Part shown: positions 23,620-34,120 of the stretch, piece after piece
Numbering within the stretch: the first letter of the stretch is position 1
How the letters are laid out: every line of letters begins with the position of its first letter
Assembly (NCBI GenBank): GCA_045660945.1
Contig: JAZRET010000067.1
Coordinates: 1 to 52,055 of the forward strand
Length of the DNA: 52,055 nt
Origin: Congzhengia sp.
Lineage (GTDB): Bacteria; Bacillota; Clostridia; UBA1381; UBA9506
Direction of reading: 5' to 3'
Notes under the pieces: generated by a model
Told to the model about the DNA's origin: nothing
What the model saw: the letters and a program-made list of their open reading frames with translations, nothing else
Databases searched by the model: none
Position numbers and translations under genes: made by a program

Positions 23620-26600
23620 TTATATTAAGTCACAATCTATTGTTTCTGTTATAAGCGCATCTGTTAAACGCCCACAATCTATCGTCTCGTCAGAAGAATC
23701 TTCTACACTACCACAATCGGTTGTGTCTGTTACATTTTCAAACCTATAAATAAACGCATAACCGTCTGTACCATTATAGTACGCGTCTGGTTCGGTAGTC
23801 CCTTTAAAACCATAACCACCGATACCGTATTTCAGTGGCCGTCCTTCATCATCTGTCTTAAATAACGGTTCATGAAAATCTAAATTAGTCCCAGCGTTAG
23901 TAGAACCAAAGCGTGCACCAGCAGCACCCGGCGCACCACCACCGCCGGCACCACAATACGACCCAGATTCATTGCGGCCACCACCACCGCCGCCACCGCC
24001 GGCACCATAACCATAACCACCAGCGCCACCTGCGCGCGCATGACTCGGTTCCCCAGCGTATGCAGTTATTCCATAACCGTCAATACCATTGTATGCCCCG
24101 GCACCAGGCGAACCTACTGCTGCTGCGCCACCAGCACCACCATCGCCACCAGCAACCAAATAATAACTTTTGTTCTCAAGGTCGACGCGGTACCATGCAC
24201 CACCGCCGCCTCCACCGGCACCAACACCGTTTCTCTGGCCTTGATATGTGCCGCCAGAACCACCGCCGCCACCAGTAGCATCATTAAAGATGCAGGGAAC
24301 TAAGCCAGAAATAGTTGTGTCAATATTCGGGTTACCAGAATAATAAACATTAGTGTAAACTAACCCGTCTTGCTGACATGTAAGTTCTTGCGGGTTTGGA
24401 ATTGTGCTGCTCTTGTACCCAGTCTTCCCATTCAACACACCATTCTCATCACAGAATTTAGTCAATTTACCAACACTATCTGGCAATGAATTGCGTGTGT
24501 ACATAACTGTTGAACCATTTGTCCAAGAATATAGTCTAACTTTCATTGAAACAACATTAACATCCTTGTCAAATGCTATAATCGTCGGTTCCCCAGCCGC
24601 TCCCCCAGCGCAACCAGGTCTTGACGCTCCGCCACCAGAAGAAGCGCCACCGGCACCAGCATTAGTACTCTTAACACCTCCCTTGCCAACATGGATACGC
24701 CCAACACAATGCTCCGGGGCGGTAAATATTATTTTTCTTAAGTCTGAGCAACCGCCGGCACCACCGTAATAATTTATGTTTATAACGCCATTAGAACCAC
24801 CACCGGCGCCACCACCAGAAATCAAAGCGGCACCATAGGTATAACCAGGCACAAAACCAAGTTGTCTGTCTGTTGTGCTTGTGTACTCACGAACCTTCCA
24901 TGGCGCTGAATCTGGCCATAAACCAAATGCAATCGTTTCTGTCGAAATTGTGTATGTGTTAATAGTAATAGAACCGTTATCACCGCGCATTTCCATTACC
25001 AAGATATCCCCTTGCTTTATATCTTGGAAGAACATTTCTGTCGTTCTATGTGATGCTTTAATAACCCATGTGTCGGGAACAGCAACACCGTTTAATGTAA
25101 ATGCAACAGTGTATTGTTGATCAGATGGTGGGAAATATATCTTTTGTGCATATTTCGTAACATCTGTCGAATCCGTTAACTTATATATTTTGGTAGTACT
25201 GCTCCCAACTGTAGCACTTCCGCCGCCTTCCCCGTGTAACGCGACAGTATCGTTTCCATCTACTACACACCAAGCACCAGACTGGGCATGAGTTGCACCA
25301 AAGGCACCGCCAGGGCCTTCTTTGCAAACCCAAGTGTCTTGGTTTTGAAAAAACTCGCCAGTGCCCTTTAATGGTGTGCCCAATGCGCAACCCCCGCGCA
25401 TAGCATTCGCAGTGTAATTGGACATGTTGCCGCCACCACCAGCGAGAAGTCTAAAATAACAACCAGTCATTGTGTGTGTATAATTTTGTTTGCGCCATAT
25501 GCTAGGATTAGCCCCTGTAACAGCCAAAACAACCCGTGCACCTGTTTTATCAAGTTCTGGAACTCTTTCCTGTGCGTACCCAGTGGAAATATTAACTTTT
25601 CCACAAACACACATTTTCCCCCTAACTAATTCATAAGCGAAAACACCATTAGCCCCAAAAGTACCCGTCACAGATGAGTTAGTATATAAAATCCTAGTCA
25701 TGTCTCCTGGTGTTACGCCAGTTAAAGGATGAATTGGTACGCGCCACGCATAATACACTTGTTGTGAATACGATGCTTGTGCATCTTCATCGTAATAATA
25801 TGTTGCACCATTGAAAACAAAACACTTTACACCAAACGCAGTTGTTACAGCACCAGCCTTGCCAACTTCTACGCATGTGGTAGACATAACAGGATACCCT
25901 TGCAAAATATTATTAGGGTTCGTTTCTTGCATAAAATATGTGGTCTTCGTGACTTCATCAACAGTAGTTGTTTGAATTGGATTTACCTGGTCACTTGTTA
26001 AGTACACAACTATTTGCATTCCTACACTTGCAATATGTTTCGGCGTAAAACCAGTTACAGCAAGCGTTCCGCCTGTGCTTGAAGCAGGATCTGGTATAAA
26101 ACCAGTCCAAGCGTAACCATTGTCACTATCGCTAGCGGGTGTTCTTGTTAGCGTTATAGGGTTACCGTCTGTTTGCAAATATACTAAACTAGGGTTGTTT
26201 GAATACCCTTGCATGGTCTTTATTTCAATCGGCGTACCAGCACTATATGTGGGTTCTTGGTTCCTTGCAAGGTACGCAACAAAACCTGCACCACCAGATA
26301 TTGATGTAGAACCAGTTGTCGATGAACTGCCCCACCCAGAACCAGCGCCGGCACCCCCTTGTTTGATACCAGACGTATATGTACCTGTACCACCCCAACA
26401 AGCGGTTCCATTAGTATCAAGGGTGTTTGCACCGCCTTTATAGGAATTCCACATCGTGAATTCTGTGCCAGGGCATAAATATGTTATGTACTCTTTAGCC
26501 CCACCAACACCGCCAGTTTGTGCCGAAACCCCTTGTTGCCATGGTTCTGCTGAAGTGGTTATTTTGTACCAACCTTGCTCCCCATCTGCTAAGGCGTAGT

Positions 26601-26754
26601 CTAACCTGTTGGTACTACCCGCTGGGCATTCTTTAAACAAAGTTTGAACCATTGTCGCTGGGACAACACTAGGATCCATCGAAGCAATAGCAGGCCGCAC
26701 CCCAAGTAAAGGGAACGGGTGTTGCCTGGAAAAAGTCCTGCTGATTAAAAACAT
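23620..26754 (-). CDS. glycine-rich tail fibre/adhesin
   Basis: 1044 aa, many GGGGG/GAGG runs, C-terminal DCG repeats. Confidence 0.7.
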   Translation of the reverse strand: MFLISRTFSRQHPFPLLGVRPAIASMDPSVVPATMVQTLFKECPAGSTNRLDYALADGEQGWYKITTSAEPWQQGVSAQTGGVGGAKEYITYLCPGTEFTMWNSYKGGANTLDTNGTACWGGTGTYTSGIKQGGAGAGSGWGSSSTTGSTSISGGAGFVAYLARNQEPTYSAGTPIEIKTMQGYSNNPSLVYLQTDGNPITLTRTPASDSDNGYAWTGFIPDPASSTGGTLAVTGFTPKHIASVGMQIVVYLTSDQVNPIQTTTVDEVTKTTYFMQETNPNNILQGYPVMSTTCVEVGKAGAVTTAFGVKCFVFNGATYYYDEDAQASYSQQVYYAWRVPIHPLTGVTPGDMTRILYTNSSVTGTFGANGVFAYELVRGKMCVCGKVNISTGYAQERVPELDKTGARVVLAVTGANPSIWRKQNYTHTMTGCYFRLLAGGGGNMSNYTANAMRGGCALGTPLKGTGEFFQNQDTWVCKEGPGGAFGATHAQSGAWCVVDGNDTVALHGEGGGSATVGSSTTKIYKLTDSTDVTKYAQKIYFPPSDQQYTVAFTLNGVAVPDTWVIKASHRTTEMFFQDIKQGDILVMEMRGDNGSITINTYTISTETIAFGLWPDSAPWKVREYTSTTDRQLGFVPGYTYGAALISGGGAGGGSNGVININYYGGAGGCSDLRKIIFTAPEHCVGRIHVGKGGVKSTNAGAGGASSGGGASRPGCAGGAAGEPTIIAFDKDVNVVSMKVRLYSWTNGSTVMYTRNSLPDSVGKLTKFCDENGVLNGKTGYKSSTIPNPQELTCQQDGLVYTNVYYSGNPNIDTTISGLVPCIFNDATGGGGGSGGTYQGQRNGVGAGGGGGGAWYRVDLENKSYYLVAGGDGGAGGAAAVGSPGAGAYNGIDGYGITAYAGEPSHARAGGAGGYGYGAGGGGGGGGRNESGSYCGAGGGGAPGAAGARFGSTNAGTNLDFHEPLFKTDDEGRPLKYGIGGYGFKGTTEPDAYYNGTDGYAFIYRFENVTDTTDCGSVEDSSDETIDCGRLTDALITETIDCDLI

Positions 26755-26766
26755 ACAGCACCTCCG

Positions 26767-28332
26767 TTAATTCATTTGTTGATACGCCTGGTAACTCCCA
26801 TACCAATAACCTTGTATGTAATCAAACACAATCACGTATGCACACCCCTGTACAAATTGCGGAACAGTTGTCCACCAACGAACCGTATTAGGGAAGGTTA
26901 TTCCCTGCAACTGTGTTTGGTTATCATCATCAACTGCAATATATTTAACCATTAACTGATTCGCAAACCCAATATTCGGGCTAGGCATTGTCACCACAAC
27001 TGGTGCATCAGCAGAACCTACAATAACATTTGAACATTGGTTGATTAATGTTACAGCGGTGCCAGATAATTCAATTTCACGCATAGGAACAAAATTACCA
27101 ACAGACCCACCAGATTGGCCAGCAGAAGCCGTGTACCCACTTAACTGCTGTGGTATAATACCAACAGTCTTAAAATCCTCGCCATAAGTCAAATCTGTCG
27201 CCCCTACACGAACAATTATAGATTGGCCAGCATATATCGCACGTGCACGCGTAGTGTCACTTGAAGTCGAAGTGTATTGCAAACCGAAGATAGCCGCTTC
27301 AGCAGCAGCCTGTGAATCAAACAACTGTGAATAAACACCATCGCTTTCTTCAGACATAGCAGGAATCATCATCCTTTGGCCCGTAGGCGCAACACAAGGA
27401 ACTTGTACCATGAACTTATCATAATAAGTAGAGTCAAGTTCGTCCCATGTTTCTGTCGTCATGTTGTAAATATGTGTAGTATCAATCGATTCAAACCGCG
27501 CCTGTGTTGTTATGTAATCTGGGAACAAATACGGGAAGTCTTCATATGTGCCTTCCGGGAATGTTATAATATCTGGGCTATACTTACCAGAACCGGTTTC
27601 CCCATAGTTAATACCTTCTGCAACAACTTCAAGCGCACCCATGTCAACTACTGTGCCAGAAACGGCTGTAATAAAACCGCCTTTGGTCTTTGCTGTCGTA
27701 ACTTCACGTGTTTCCCGCGCTGTGCTCATTAACCACGGATTAAAAGCAAAAGAACCTTCTTGTATCTCCAAAGTTCCATCATTATCTATAACGAACAACG
27801 ACCCAAGCATACATTTTGTAGCACCCTCAGAACCCAGAATCGGTGTTGTCTGATTGCCAAGTGTGCCAGAACTGGTTGCAAAAATATAGTTAACGCCTGG
27901 CATCCATGTGTTATCAACAGAAAGAGTTACGGCATCAAAATCAACAACAGTTCTATCTGCTTGGCTGCTACCATAATAAACCTTTGAATTAAAGGAAATC
28001 TTCCCTGTGAATGTTACTGCCGAACTCGTGGCAGAAGCAGAAACCGTATCATCCACCAGCCCAGTTAATGTATAACCACCATTTAAATGGTTGATTAACT
28101 GTGCAACCTGTGTGTTATCAAGTGCATCCGGTTCGATATTCTGTTGGCGTAACGCGTTTACAATTTCTTGGCACAATATGTACACGAATTCATCGGACAT
28201 GTTGCCAAATGTGTTTACGTCTTCAGCGTATGCAATAGTATTCGGTGTCATACCAGAACGGTAAGCAGTCTCGTTCCGTTTCGTGGCATCCTGTTGCCCA
28301 GCAGAACCAAATATAGTGGTTTTTTCTTTCAT
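26767..28332 (-). CDS. tail fibre / baseplate-anchored protein
   Basis: Follows the wedge genes; N-terminal QEIVNAL....I.PD..D.TQ anchor-like motif. Confidence 0.65.
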   Translation of the reverse strand: MKEKTTIFGSAGQQDATKRNETAYRSGMTPNTIAYAEDVNTFGNMSDEFVYILCQEIVNALRQQNIEPDALDNTQVAQLINHLNGGYTLTGLVDDTVSASATSSAVTFTGKISFNSKVYYGSSQADRTVVDFDAVTLSVDNTWMPGVNYIFATSSGTLGNQTTPILGSEGATKCMLGSLFVIDNDGTLEIQEGSFAFNPWLMSTARETREVTTAKTKGGFITAVSGTVVDMGALEVVAEGINYGETGSGKYSPDIITFPEGTYEDFPYLFPDYITTQARFESIDTTHIYNMTTETWDELDSTYYDKFMVQVPCVAPTGQRMMIPAMSEESDGVYSQLFDSQAAAEAAIFGLQYTSTSSDTTRARAIYAGQSIIVRVGATDLTYGEDFKTVGIIPQQLSGYTASAGQSGGSVGNFVPMREIELSGTAVTLINQCSNVIVGSADAPVVVTMPSPNIGFANQLMVKYIAVDDDNQTQLQGITFPNTVRWWTTVPQFVQGCAYVIVFDYIQGYWYGSYQAYQQMN

Positions 28333-28344
28333 TAGTTTTTCTCC

Positions 28345-28911
28345 TTACTCTTCTAATATGTAGTTTATTGTATATGATATGCCTGTCGGTTTACCAAACG
28401 GATACGGATCTATTGATAATAATGTCACCATATCGCCCAATGTTCCTTCATCAAGTGTAACAGTCAAATCAAAATGCATTAACGATTCAGCCACAGAAAT
28501 TGCCGTATCCGGATCAAATTCTCTGTGTTCCAGGCAAACGGCAAAAAAGTTCTTAATGTTCTGTAGCGTTAAGTTTTTGTTGCGCATCTGAACCTTTGCC
28601 TTAATGTAATTCTTTAACAAGTCAAATGTATCAGCAGGCAAGCCAGACCAATAATTTTCTTCAACCCCATCTACAGACCAATTATTTACATTATAAATAA
28701 GAGCCTGTTCTATGCCAACCCAATCAGAACGGAGCCCATAAAGTGTAGCCACGAACTTTAATTGCATCGCTGTCGTTGCGTGCTCTATATCTAAAGCAGA
28801 TAAAAGGGTTATAGGACTAATCGTAACTGCTGTGTTATACAAACCTTCGTATAAAGTCATAAACCCTTCTGAGTTCTGGAGGTACCATGGAAAATCATAA
28901 TTAATCTGCAT
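28345..28911 (-). CDS. baseplate wedge protein (DUF2612-like)
   Basis: Directly after baseplate J; LDI..A...QL..VA..YG..., P.G motif at the C-terminus. Confidence 0.65.
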   Translation of the reverse strand: MQINYDFPWYLQNSEGFMTLYEGLYNTAVTISPITLLSALDIEHATTAMQLKFVATLYGLRSDWVGIEQALIYNVNNWSVDGVEENYWSGLPADTFDLLKNYIKAKVQMRNKNLTLQNIKNFFAVCLEHREFDPDTAISVAESLMHFDLTVTLDEGTLGDMVTLLSIDPYPFGKPTGISYTINYILEE

Positions 28912-30104
28912 TATGCACCAATCCTTATGTTAGCAACATCCACGACAGCACATTCGCGTACCCCTATTGGGTAATTTGCGTTTGATACCCATGTGGAACC
29001 ACCGATGGCTCGCATCTTCAATGATGAAATATCGAAGTTCGCATTGTTTAATATAATCTGGAATATACGCGACATTGAAACATCGACACCCGTACCAAGG
29101 TTGTTTATGTATGCTGCAATGTTGTCAGTAATCGTTCCAACCTGCGATAAATCCAAGTATGGCTGCTCTTCACGCGTAGATATAGATACCTCGATTTCCA
29201 AGTTAATAGCATCGGGAATAGTGAACTTAACATCTTTTTCTGCCCCAAAAGGGTCTACAACATTGGTTACAGTAGTGTTCCCATGCGTTGGTGCACCAGG
29301 AACTTTATTCCATAAAATCGCCTTGGCAACATCTTGTTTCCATTGTGGTAACGCCGCTTCATCAACACCTGTGCCAGGCATAACAATAAATTCAGTGCAA
29401 TATGGCGGAATGCCACCTTCTTCAGTTGGCAAATCGTTATATTCAACACCTACAGAACGGACACCCTGCGTTAAAGAAATCTGATTCATAACATACTGCA
29501 ATGTTCCCGTAGCAACTGAAGCAGAACTGTTCAAACGGGTTCTGTATTCCAAATCTGTTTCGGCGTCTGAACCAGCAATCAACCCCGTCACTTCAATAGA
29601 AGTAATCGGGCTTAAGCCTTCGGTTGACATGTGGTAGCCTATTTGCGTTGCAGAATTGCCCGAAGAATCAAATGTTAAGGTTACTGTGGCGCTTGTACTG
29701 GAAACCTGTGTAAGGCTTTCTGCAACGAATATTTCGCCCGTTTCGTACACTGTGAATTCTTGCCCCTGCGGAATACTAAATGGTACACCAGAACCTGTTG
29801 AAGTAATTAACACTGTTGCCTTTTGTGAATGCCCTGTATTACGCGGTAACCCACGCAGGATACCAATAAGGTCAAGCCACAAACCAGAAGTTGTGTTCGG
29901 GTTTAATTGCGCCAACACTTCAATGCTATCAGCATCCGCATTAGCAAACAATTCGGCAATTTCCTGTATAACAATGTTTTGTGGCAGTGTATCATCTGTC
30001 ACGTTAAAATCTGCACCGTAGGCGTTCTGAAAAACGGTCTGAAGTTGGGCTTTGTAATAAGCCACATCTTGCGCTATAAAACCTGTATTCGTCCATTGAC
30101 CCAT
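28911..30104 (-). CDS. baseplate J-like protein
   Basis: LNPNTTSG.WLD.IG...G..R and G.D.ETD.EYR.R motifs. Confidence 0.88.
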   Translation of the reverse strand: MGQWTNTGFIAQDVAYYKAQLQTVFQNAYGADFNVTDDTLPQNIVIQEIAELFANADADSIEVLAQLNPNTTSGLWLDLIGILRGLPRNTGHSQKATVLITSTGSGVPFSIPQGQEFTVYETGEIFVAESLTQVSSTSATVTLTFDSSGNSATQIGYHMSTEGLSPITSIEVTGLIAGSDAETDLEYRTRLNSSASVATGTLQYVMNQISLTQGVRSVGVEYNDLPTEEGGIPPYCTEFIVMPGTGVDEAALPQWKQDVAKAILWNKVPGAPTHGNTTVTNVVDPFGAEKDVKFTIPDAINLEIEVSISTREEQPYLDLSQVGTITDNIAAYINNLGTGVDVSMSRIFQIILNNANFDISSLKMRAIGGSTWVSNANYPIGVRECAVVDVANIRIGA

Positions 30105-30124
30105 AACTAATCCTTTATTGCTTT

Positions 30125-30153
30125 ATTATAACTGCCTTATGCTAAACTTTCAA
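30125..30153 (-). promoter_or_regulatory. internal sigma70-type promoter before baseplate J
   Basis: TTGAAA-17 nt-TATAAT on the minus strand. Confidence 0.6.
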
Positions 30154-30553
30154 ATGTCTTATTGTACTCTATTTCGCCATAAACACTTTCAATTGTGAAA
30201 TAAAAAGTCATACTGTGATAAACCCTATCTATGTCGCACTTGTTGTATTTCACATTGTTCACATCTTCACAGCGCATAATAACACGCGTTATTTCTTGCA
30301 CTTTCATCGCTAATGGCGTGTTTGAAAAGATAATGCCAAAATAGTCAACGCCCGCAGTTTCGTCTTCTACCTCTCCTTTTATTACTTGAAGGTTGCAGTC
30401 TATCTGCGTGCGTAATGCTTCTAAGCCTTCTTCAACAGCAATTACATTTGTAGTTTCTTCAACACCATCTACTACAACCGCATTCTCTTTAACAACTAAC
30501 TCGTTGCCATATGGCTTTTCCGGTGTTGGTTTTGTAATACCCCAAGTTTTCAT
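30137..30553 (-). CDS. baseplate gp25-like wedge/sheath initiator
   Basis: L....GE..D...GVDYF...I...EDV...F.IESVYG pattern. Confidence 0.7.
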   Translation of the reverse strand: MKTWGITKPTPEKPYGNELVVKENAVVVDGVEETTNVIAVEEGLEALRTQIDCNLQVIKGEVEDETAGVDYFGIIFSNTPLAMKVQEITRVIMRCEDVNNVKYNKCDIDRVYHSMTFYFTIESVYGEIEYNKTFESLA

Positions 30554-30562
30554 TCTTTACTC

Positions 30563-31510
30563 CTATAAGTTTGGCCCACCAGTTGTTGTTGAACTGCTGC
30601 CAGTCTGTATGCCCGGAACCGTATGCGTGTGGGTTTCTAGACCAGATATTGTGCTGTTCATTGAAGGCACGCTCGGCGTAGAAATGTTCGAGCCAGATAT
30701 CACGCCAGAAGATATCACACCAGCGCAGGTCACAGTTCCTGTTGCGGTTATGTTCGCACCAAAAGTTGCATCGGCTGTAACATCCAGTGTGTCGCCAACG
30801 CTGCATTTGCTCGCCATGGTTACATCCCCATCAACATTCAGTTTCCCTGTTATTGTGGTTTGCGGTGTATCTATCTTAACCGAATCGCTTGCTTTTGCTT
30901 CAACCGTCTTACAGTTGGCAGAAACCGCGGCATCCGGCGCATCTAGCGTTATCTTGCCTTCAGCATCTATTGTTAATGTTATTCCTGTCATAGTCAACAC
31001 TACCTTCTCTTTCCCTTCGTCTGGTGTAGTCATAGTAAGGTTAATCTTATCTGATTTTATAACAAACGACTCGTTTGTCGCTGGGTATTGTGGATCGCAA
31101 TTCGTCTTGTTAGGAATAAACGGAACGAATACGCAACTCTTCTTCTTGAAATGATCCGCAGACCAAGGAATTGACCGCGAACCGTTTTCCACCCAATCTT
31201 GTATGTCGTTGGTCATAACTTCAATATAACCAGTATCACCAACAGCAGGGCAACACTGTAAGTGCCACTTTCCCCAGCGTTCTTGCTTTACAGGGATGCC
31301 ATAAAGAATATCCAGATCCTTCAAGGCCACAACAATTGTTTCGCCAAACTCATTGTTGCGCACAATTTGCCCATCATAAGTGTTTGTAAATTCGTACACG
31401 TCTTGTATCAAGTCGACAGTTTGTGTCTCTGGATGGTAGGCAAGAACCTTCATTATATAATGGGTCTTAATGAGGTACATGGATACAATAGATTCGTCTG
31501 GGCACATCAT
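30563..31510 (-). CDS. baseplate central spike (gp138/gpV-like)
   Basis: OB-like N-terminus with GDTG, beta-helix repeats, HTHT apex motif; start reassigned to 31510 (ATGA overlap). Confidence 0.82.
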   Translation of the reverse strand: MMCPDESIVSMYLIKTHYIMKVLAYHPETQTVDLIQDVYEFTNTYDGQIVRNNEFGETIVVALKDLDILYGIPVKQERWGKWHLQCCPAVGDTGYIEVMTNDIQDWVENGSRSIPWSADHFKKKSCVFVPFIPNKTNCDPQYPATNESFVIKSDKINLTMTTPDEGKEKVVLTMTGITLTIDAEGKITLDAPDAAVSANCKTVEAKASDSVKIDTPQTTITGKLNVDGDVTMASKCSVGDTLDVTADATFGANITATGTVTCAGVISSGVISGSNISTPSVPSMNSTISGLETHTHTVPGIQTGSSSTTTGGPNL

Positions 31511-32958
31511 CTTGTGTTCTCCGTTGCTAGTTTTCCACGAATTAACGGGGTTGTTTTTATTAGTGTAACCCAATCATTTCCGTGTGTGTTTAACTTATGA
31601 TTTGTAGTAACAATAAGGAAAGGGTTGTTATAAAGATAACCGTATGCCAGCCCACGCGCTTGGTTGTTAAGAACACCGGCAACCCCAGTCGAACCAGACA
31701 ACTGGGTTGTGGCAATAGCGGGGTTCTGTGCTTGACCGGCAAAACCACCAATCAACTTATCATCAACTGTTAACAAACCAGTATTTTGAAGTTTTGCGAT
31801 ACCTTCGCCAAGATTTTCGGCGCCAGTAAAAACAAGTTGTATATATGCCCACGGTGCGCAACGCCTATTAAAAAACATCTTCATGGTTAAACTTCCGGTA
31901 CCATCAATAACCGGCTGTTCCATTAGGTTTTGGAAGTTAATAATGGTTACAATACCTTTGTCTTTCAATTTCGATATCTTGACCGCTTCTTCTTTCCTAT
32001 ACACAATATAAGTTGGCGTAGAGGCATAACGAACATCTAACTCCCAATCTAAATTAAGGGCAGCATAGTTGCATAATTCATTCAGCATTGTGTCCAAGCG
32101 CTCTGCATTTGTATAAAAACTACTTGTAATTGTTGCATCCCTACATACAGCGGCAAGATTAGCATCTTCCACAGAAGAACCGGTACCTGGATTTTGTTTT
32201 ATATTATAATAATATTCTTGTGGGCTCCGAACATATAGTACCCTATATTTTGACCTATTGTCAGTAGCGCGTGGTAAAATAGTTTCGAAGTGGTCAACAA
32301 GATTTTTAAATGTGCTATCAAAAGTAGCCTTCCCACGTCTTCTTTCATCCATTTGCTCCAGATATGAATCAACAGCGCTGTCTGTTTTTGCAAACAATTC
32401 GCCATAAGAGTTGGCTTTAGCACTTGCCTGTGACATATCCACATCGTGGCAATATATTGTTAATACATCATCGGTTCCTTGCCTAAAATAATAAGTGTTG
32501 TTAACATAACCGTCTAAAATTGGTGCGTTGCCATAATCCCCATCTTTTATAGATTCGTCATAATAGCCAGCATATACTTTAACACGCATCTTGTTCGCAT
32601 AATAACGCCGTACAGACGCATCGCTGCTTTTGCTGCTTGCTGGCTCACCATTATTCTTGTTGGTAAACTCATAAAACCAGGTTACGGATTTTGCAACCAT
32701 TTGTATGATTTCTTGCCCAGGGTTATATATTTTTAAAACACCAGAATAACCAGGCCTATCTTTTTCGTTAGGTGACGGCATGTCTTTTATATCTGCTTCT
32801 AGGTGCGGACAAAGTCTTTCATCTTTTCGAGGGCAGTATTCAATCGTTAAAGGGGCATTGATGATTTGCCCGTTTTCATCTGTTTTTGTTAAATTTGGCC
32901 CAGTGAACACAAATTTCAAGCATCTATCAAAAAAGAAATCTTCATCATTAATCTTCAT
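31507..32958 (-). CDS. baseplate hub protein
   Basis: LKIYN, VYAGY, H.L.THG.DW motifs and synteny. Confidence 0.7.
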   Translation of the reverse strand: MKINDEDFFFDRCLKFVFTGPNLTKTDENGQIINAPLTIEYCPRKDERLCPHLEADIKDMPSPNEKDRPGYSGVLKIYNPGQEIIQMVAKSVTWFYEFTNKNNGEPASSKSSDASVRRYYANKMRVKVYAGYYDESIKDGDYGNAPILDGYVNNTYYFRQGTDDVLTIYCHDVDMSQASAKANSYGELFAKTDSAVDSYLEQMDERRRGKATFDSTFKNLVDHFETILPRATDNRSKYRVLYVRSPQEYYYNIKQNPGTGSSVEDANLAAVCRDATITSSFYTNAERLDTMLNELCNYAALNLDWELDVRYASTPTYIVYRKEEAVKISKLKDKGIVTIINFQNLMEQPVIDGTGSLTMKMFFNRRCAPWAYIQLVFTGAENLGEGIAKLQNTGLLTVDDKLIGGFAGQAQNPAIATTQLSGSTGVAGVLNNQARGLAYGYLYNNPFLIVTTNHKLNTHGNDWVTLIKTTPLIRGKLATENTR

Positions 32959-33244
32959 TGTCTACCTCTACAATCTGTAGTCTGGTACCTAATGCGTTAT
33001 ATGGTTCATATTCGCCTTCTGGCTCTTTCATATCTATAACACCTAACGCAACAGCAGAAATATCATTTAATCCGCAGGTGTCTGGGGTTAATGCTATGCC
33101 AGCATATATTAACTCATTGTCTTTATACAAATCGTAATACCACCTATAATAAAAAGGATCAAAACGCAAGTCTGCCGTGTACCCATTCGCCAGACCAAGT
33201 ATCTGTGGTTCAGATGTAACAGAAAGTTTTATTCCAGTTTTCAT
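32948..33244 (-). CDS. baseplate plug-like protein
   Basis: LRF......WY.DL......I.AGI.L and synteny. Confidence 0.6.
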   Translation of the reverse strand: MKTGIKLSVTSEPQILGLANGYTADLRFDPFYYRWYYDLYKDNELIYAGIALTPDTCGLNDISAVALGVIDMKEPEGEYEPYNALGTRLQIVEVDNED

Positions 33245-34119
33245 TGTGTTGTACCCCCAATCCAGTGTGAAAGCGTAAAGTTGCCTTTATTTTGCTTGTC
33301 CATTATCGTTCGAGCCGGTGTCGTATTCTTTTTTAAGTCTGTCGTACTTTCTCTATAATAAGAATACAATATCACTTCTTGAAACTCTATATCGGCATAT
33401 AGCATATCCATTGTGGTATCTGTCGTTCTTGGTTTTATACTTTTAATTAACATGTTTTCATACATACCGTGCGGCGTATAAACTGTGAACGGCTTGCCAT
33501 TTTCCATAAGCCAACGAAGCCTATATAATGCCGCTTGTGCACGGGTGGCGCCACCATTTAGCAACTGGTTAATAACGCCACTGCCAAGGTTGCCCAAAGC
33601 CCGCGTGCCCACATTTAACAAATCCCCTAACACATCATCAGCCAAATAATTTGAAATACCAACTACTGCGTTAATTCGTGCCGGTTGCCTTATTCTTGTG
33701 TCAACGATACCGTTGGTCATATACATCATCGGATTGCTTGTAAAATCAACAGAGGTTTCGCCAGAAACATCCCCAAGGCAATCAATAATAACACCCTGTT
33801 GTTCTGTCCCATATACTAAATTTTGAACAGCCCGCACAGAAGCCCCAACCCCCGCTGCCGATAAATATTTGCCTGTGTTGCTGCTATCTAACCAGTTTGT
33901 CCTTTGTATTTCTCCTATGGTTAAATAAGGTGCCTTAACACCAAACAACCCAGAAAACATATCTGCAGCATCATTGACGGCGCTTATTGTGTCCGTAAAG
34001 TCCTTAAAGCCATCCGCGTTGCGCTTATCAAGCGAATCTTGACCGTGCAGGCCTTCCGCAATACTAGACAACGCCCCCATTTTAGCATTCAAAACAGTGT
34101 TTCTAACATTTCTTTTCAT
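33241..34119 (-). CDS. tail tube initiator / Dit-like baseplate protein
   Basis: P.TV.T..G.Y.NMLI.S...F.EV motif after the tape measure. Confidence 0.65.
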   Translation of the reverse strand: MKRNVRNTVLNAKMGALSSIAEGLHGQDSLDKRNADGFKDFTDTISAVNDAADMFSGLFGVKAPYLTIGEIQRTNWLDSSNTGKYLSAAGVGASVRAVQNLVYGTEQQGVIIDCLGDVSGETSVDFTSNPMMYMTNGIVDTRIRQPARINAVVGISNYLADDVLGDLLNVGTRALGNLGSGVINQLLNGGATRAQAALYRLRWLMENGKPFTVYTPHGMYENMLIKSIKPRTTDTTMDMLYADIEFQEVILYSYYRESTTDLKKNTTPARTIMDKQNKGNFTLSHWIGGTTQ

Positions 34120-34120
34120 T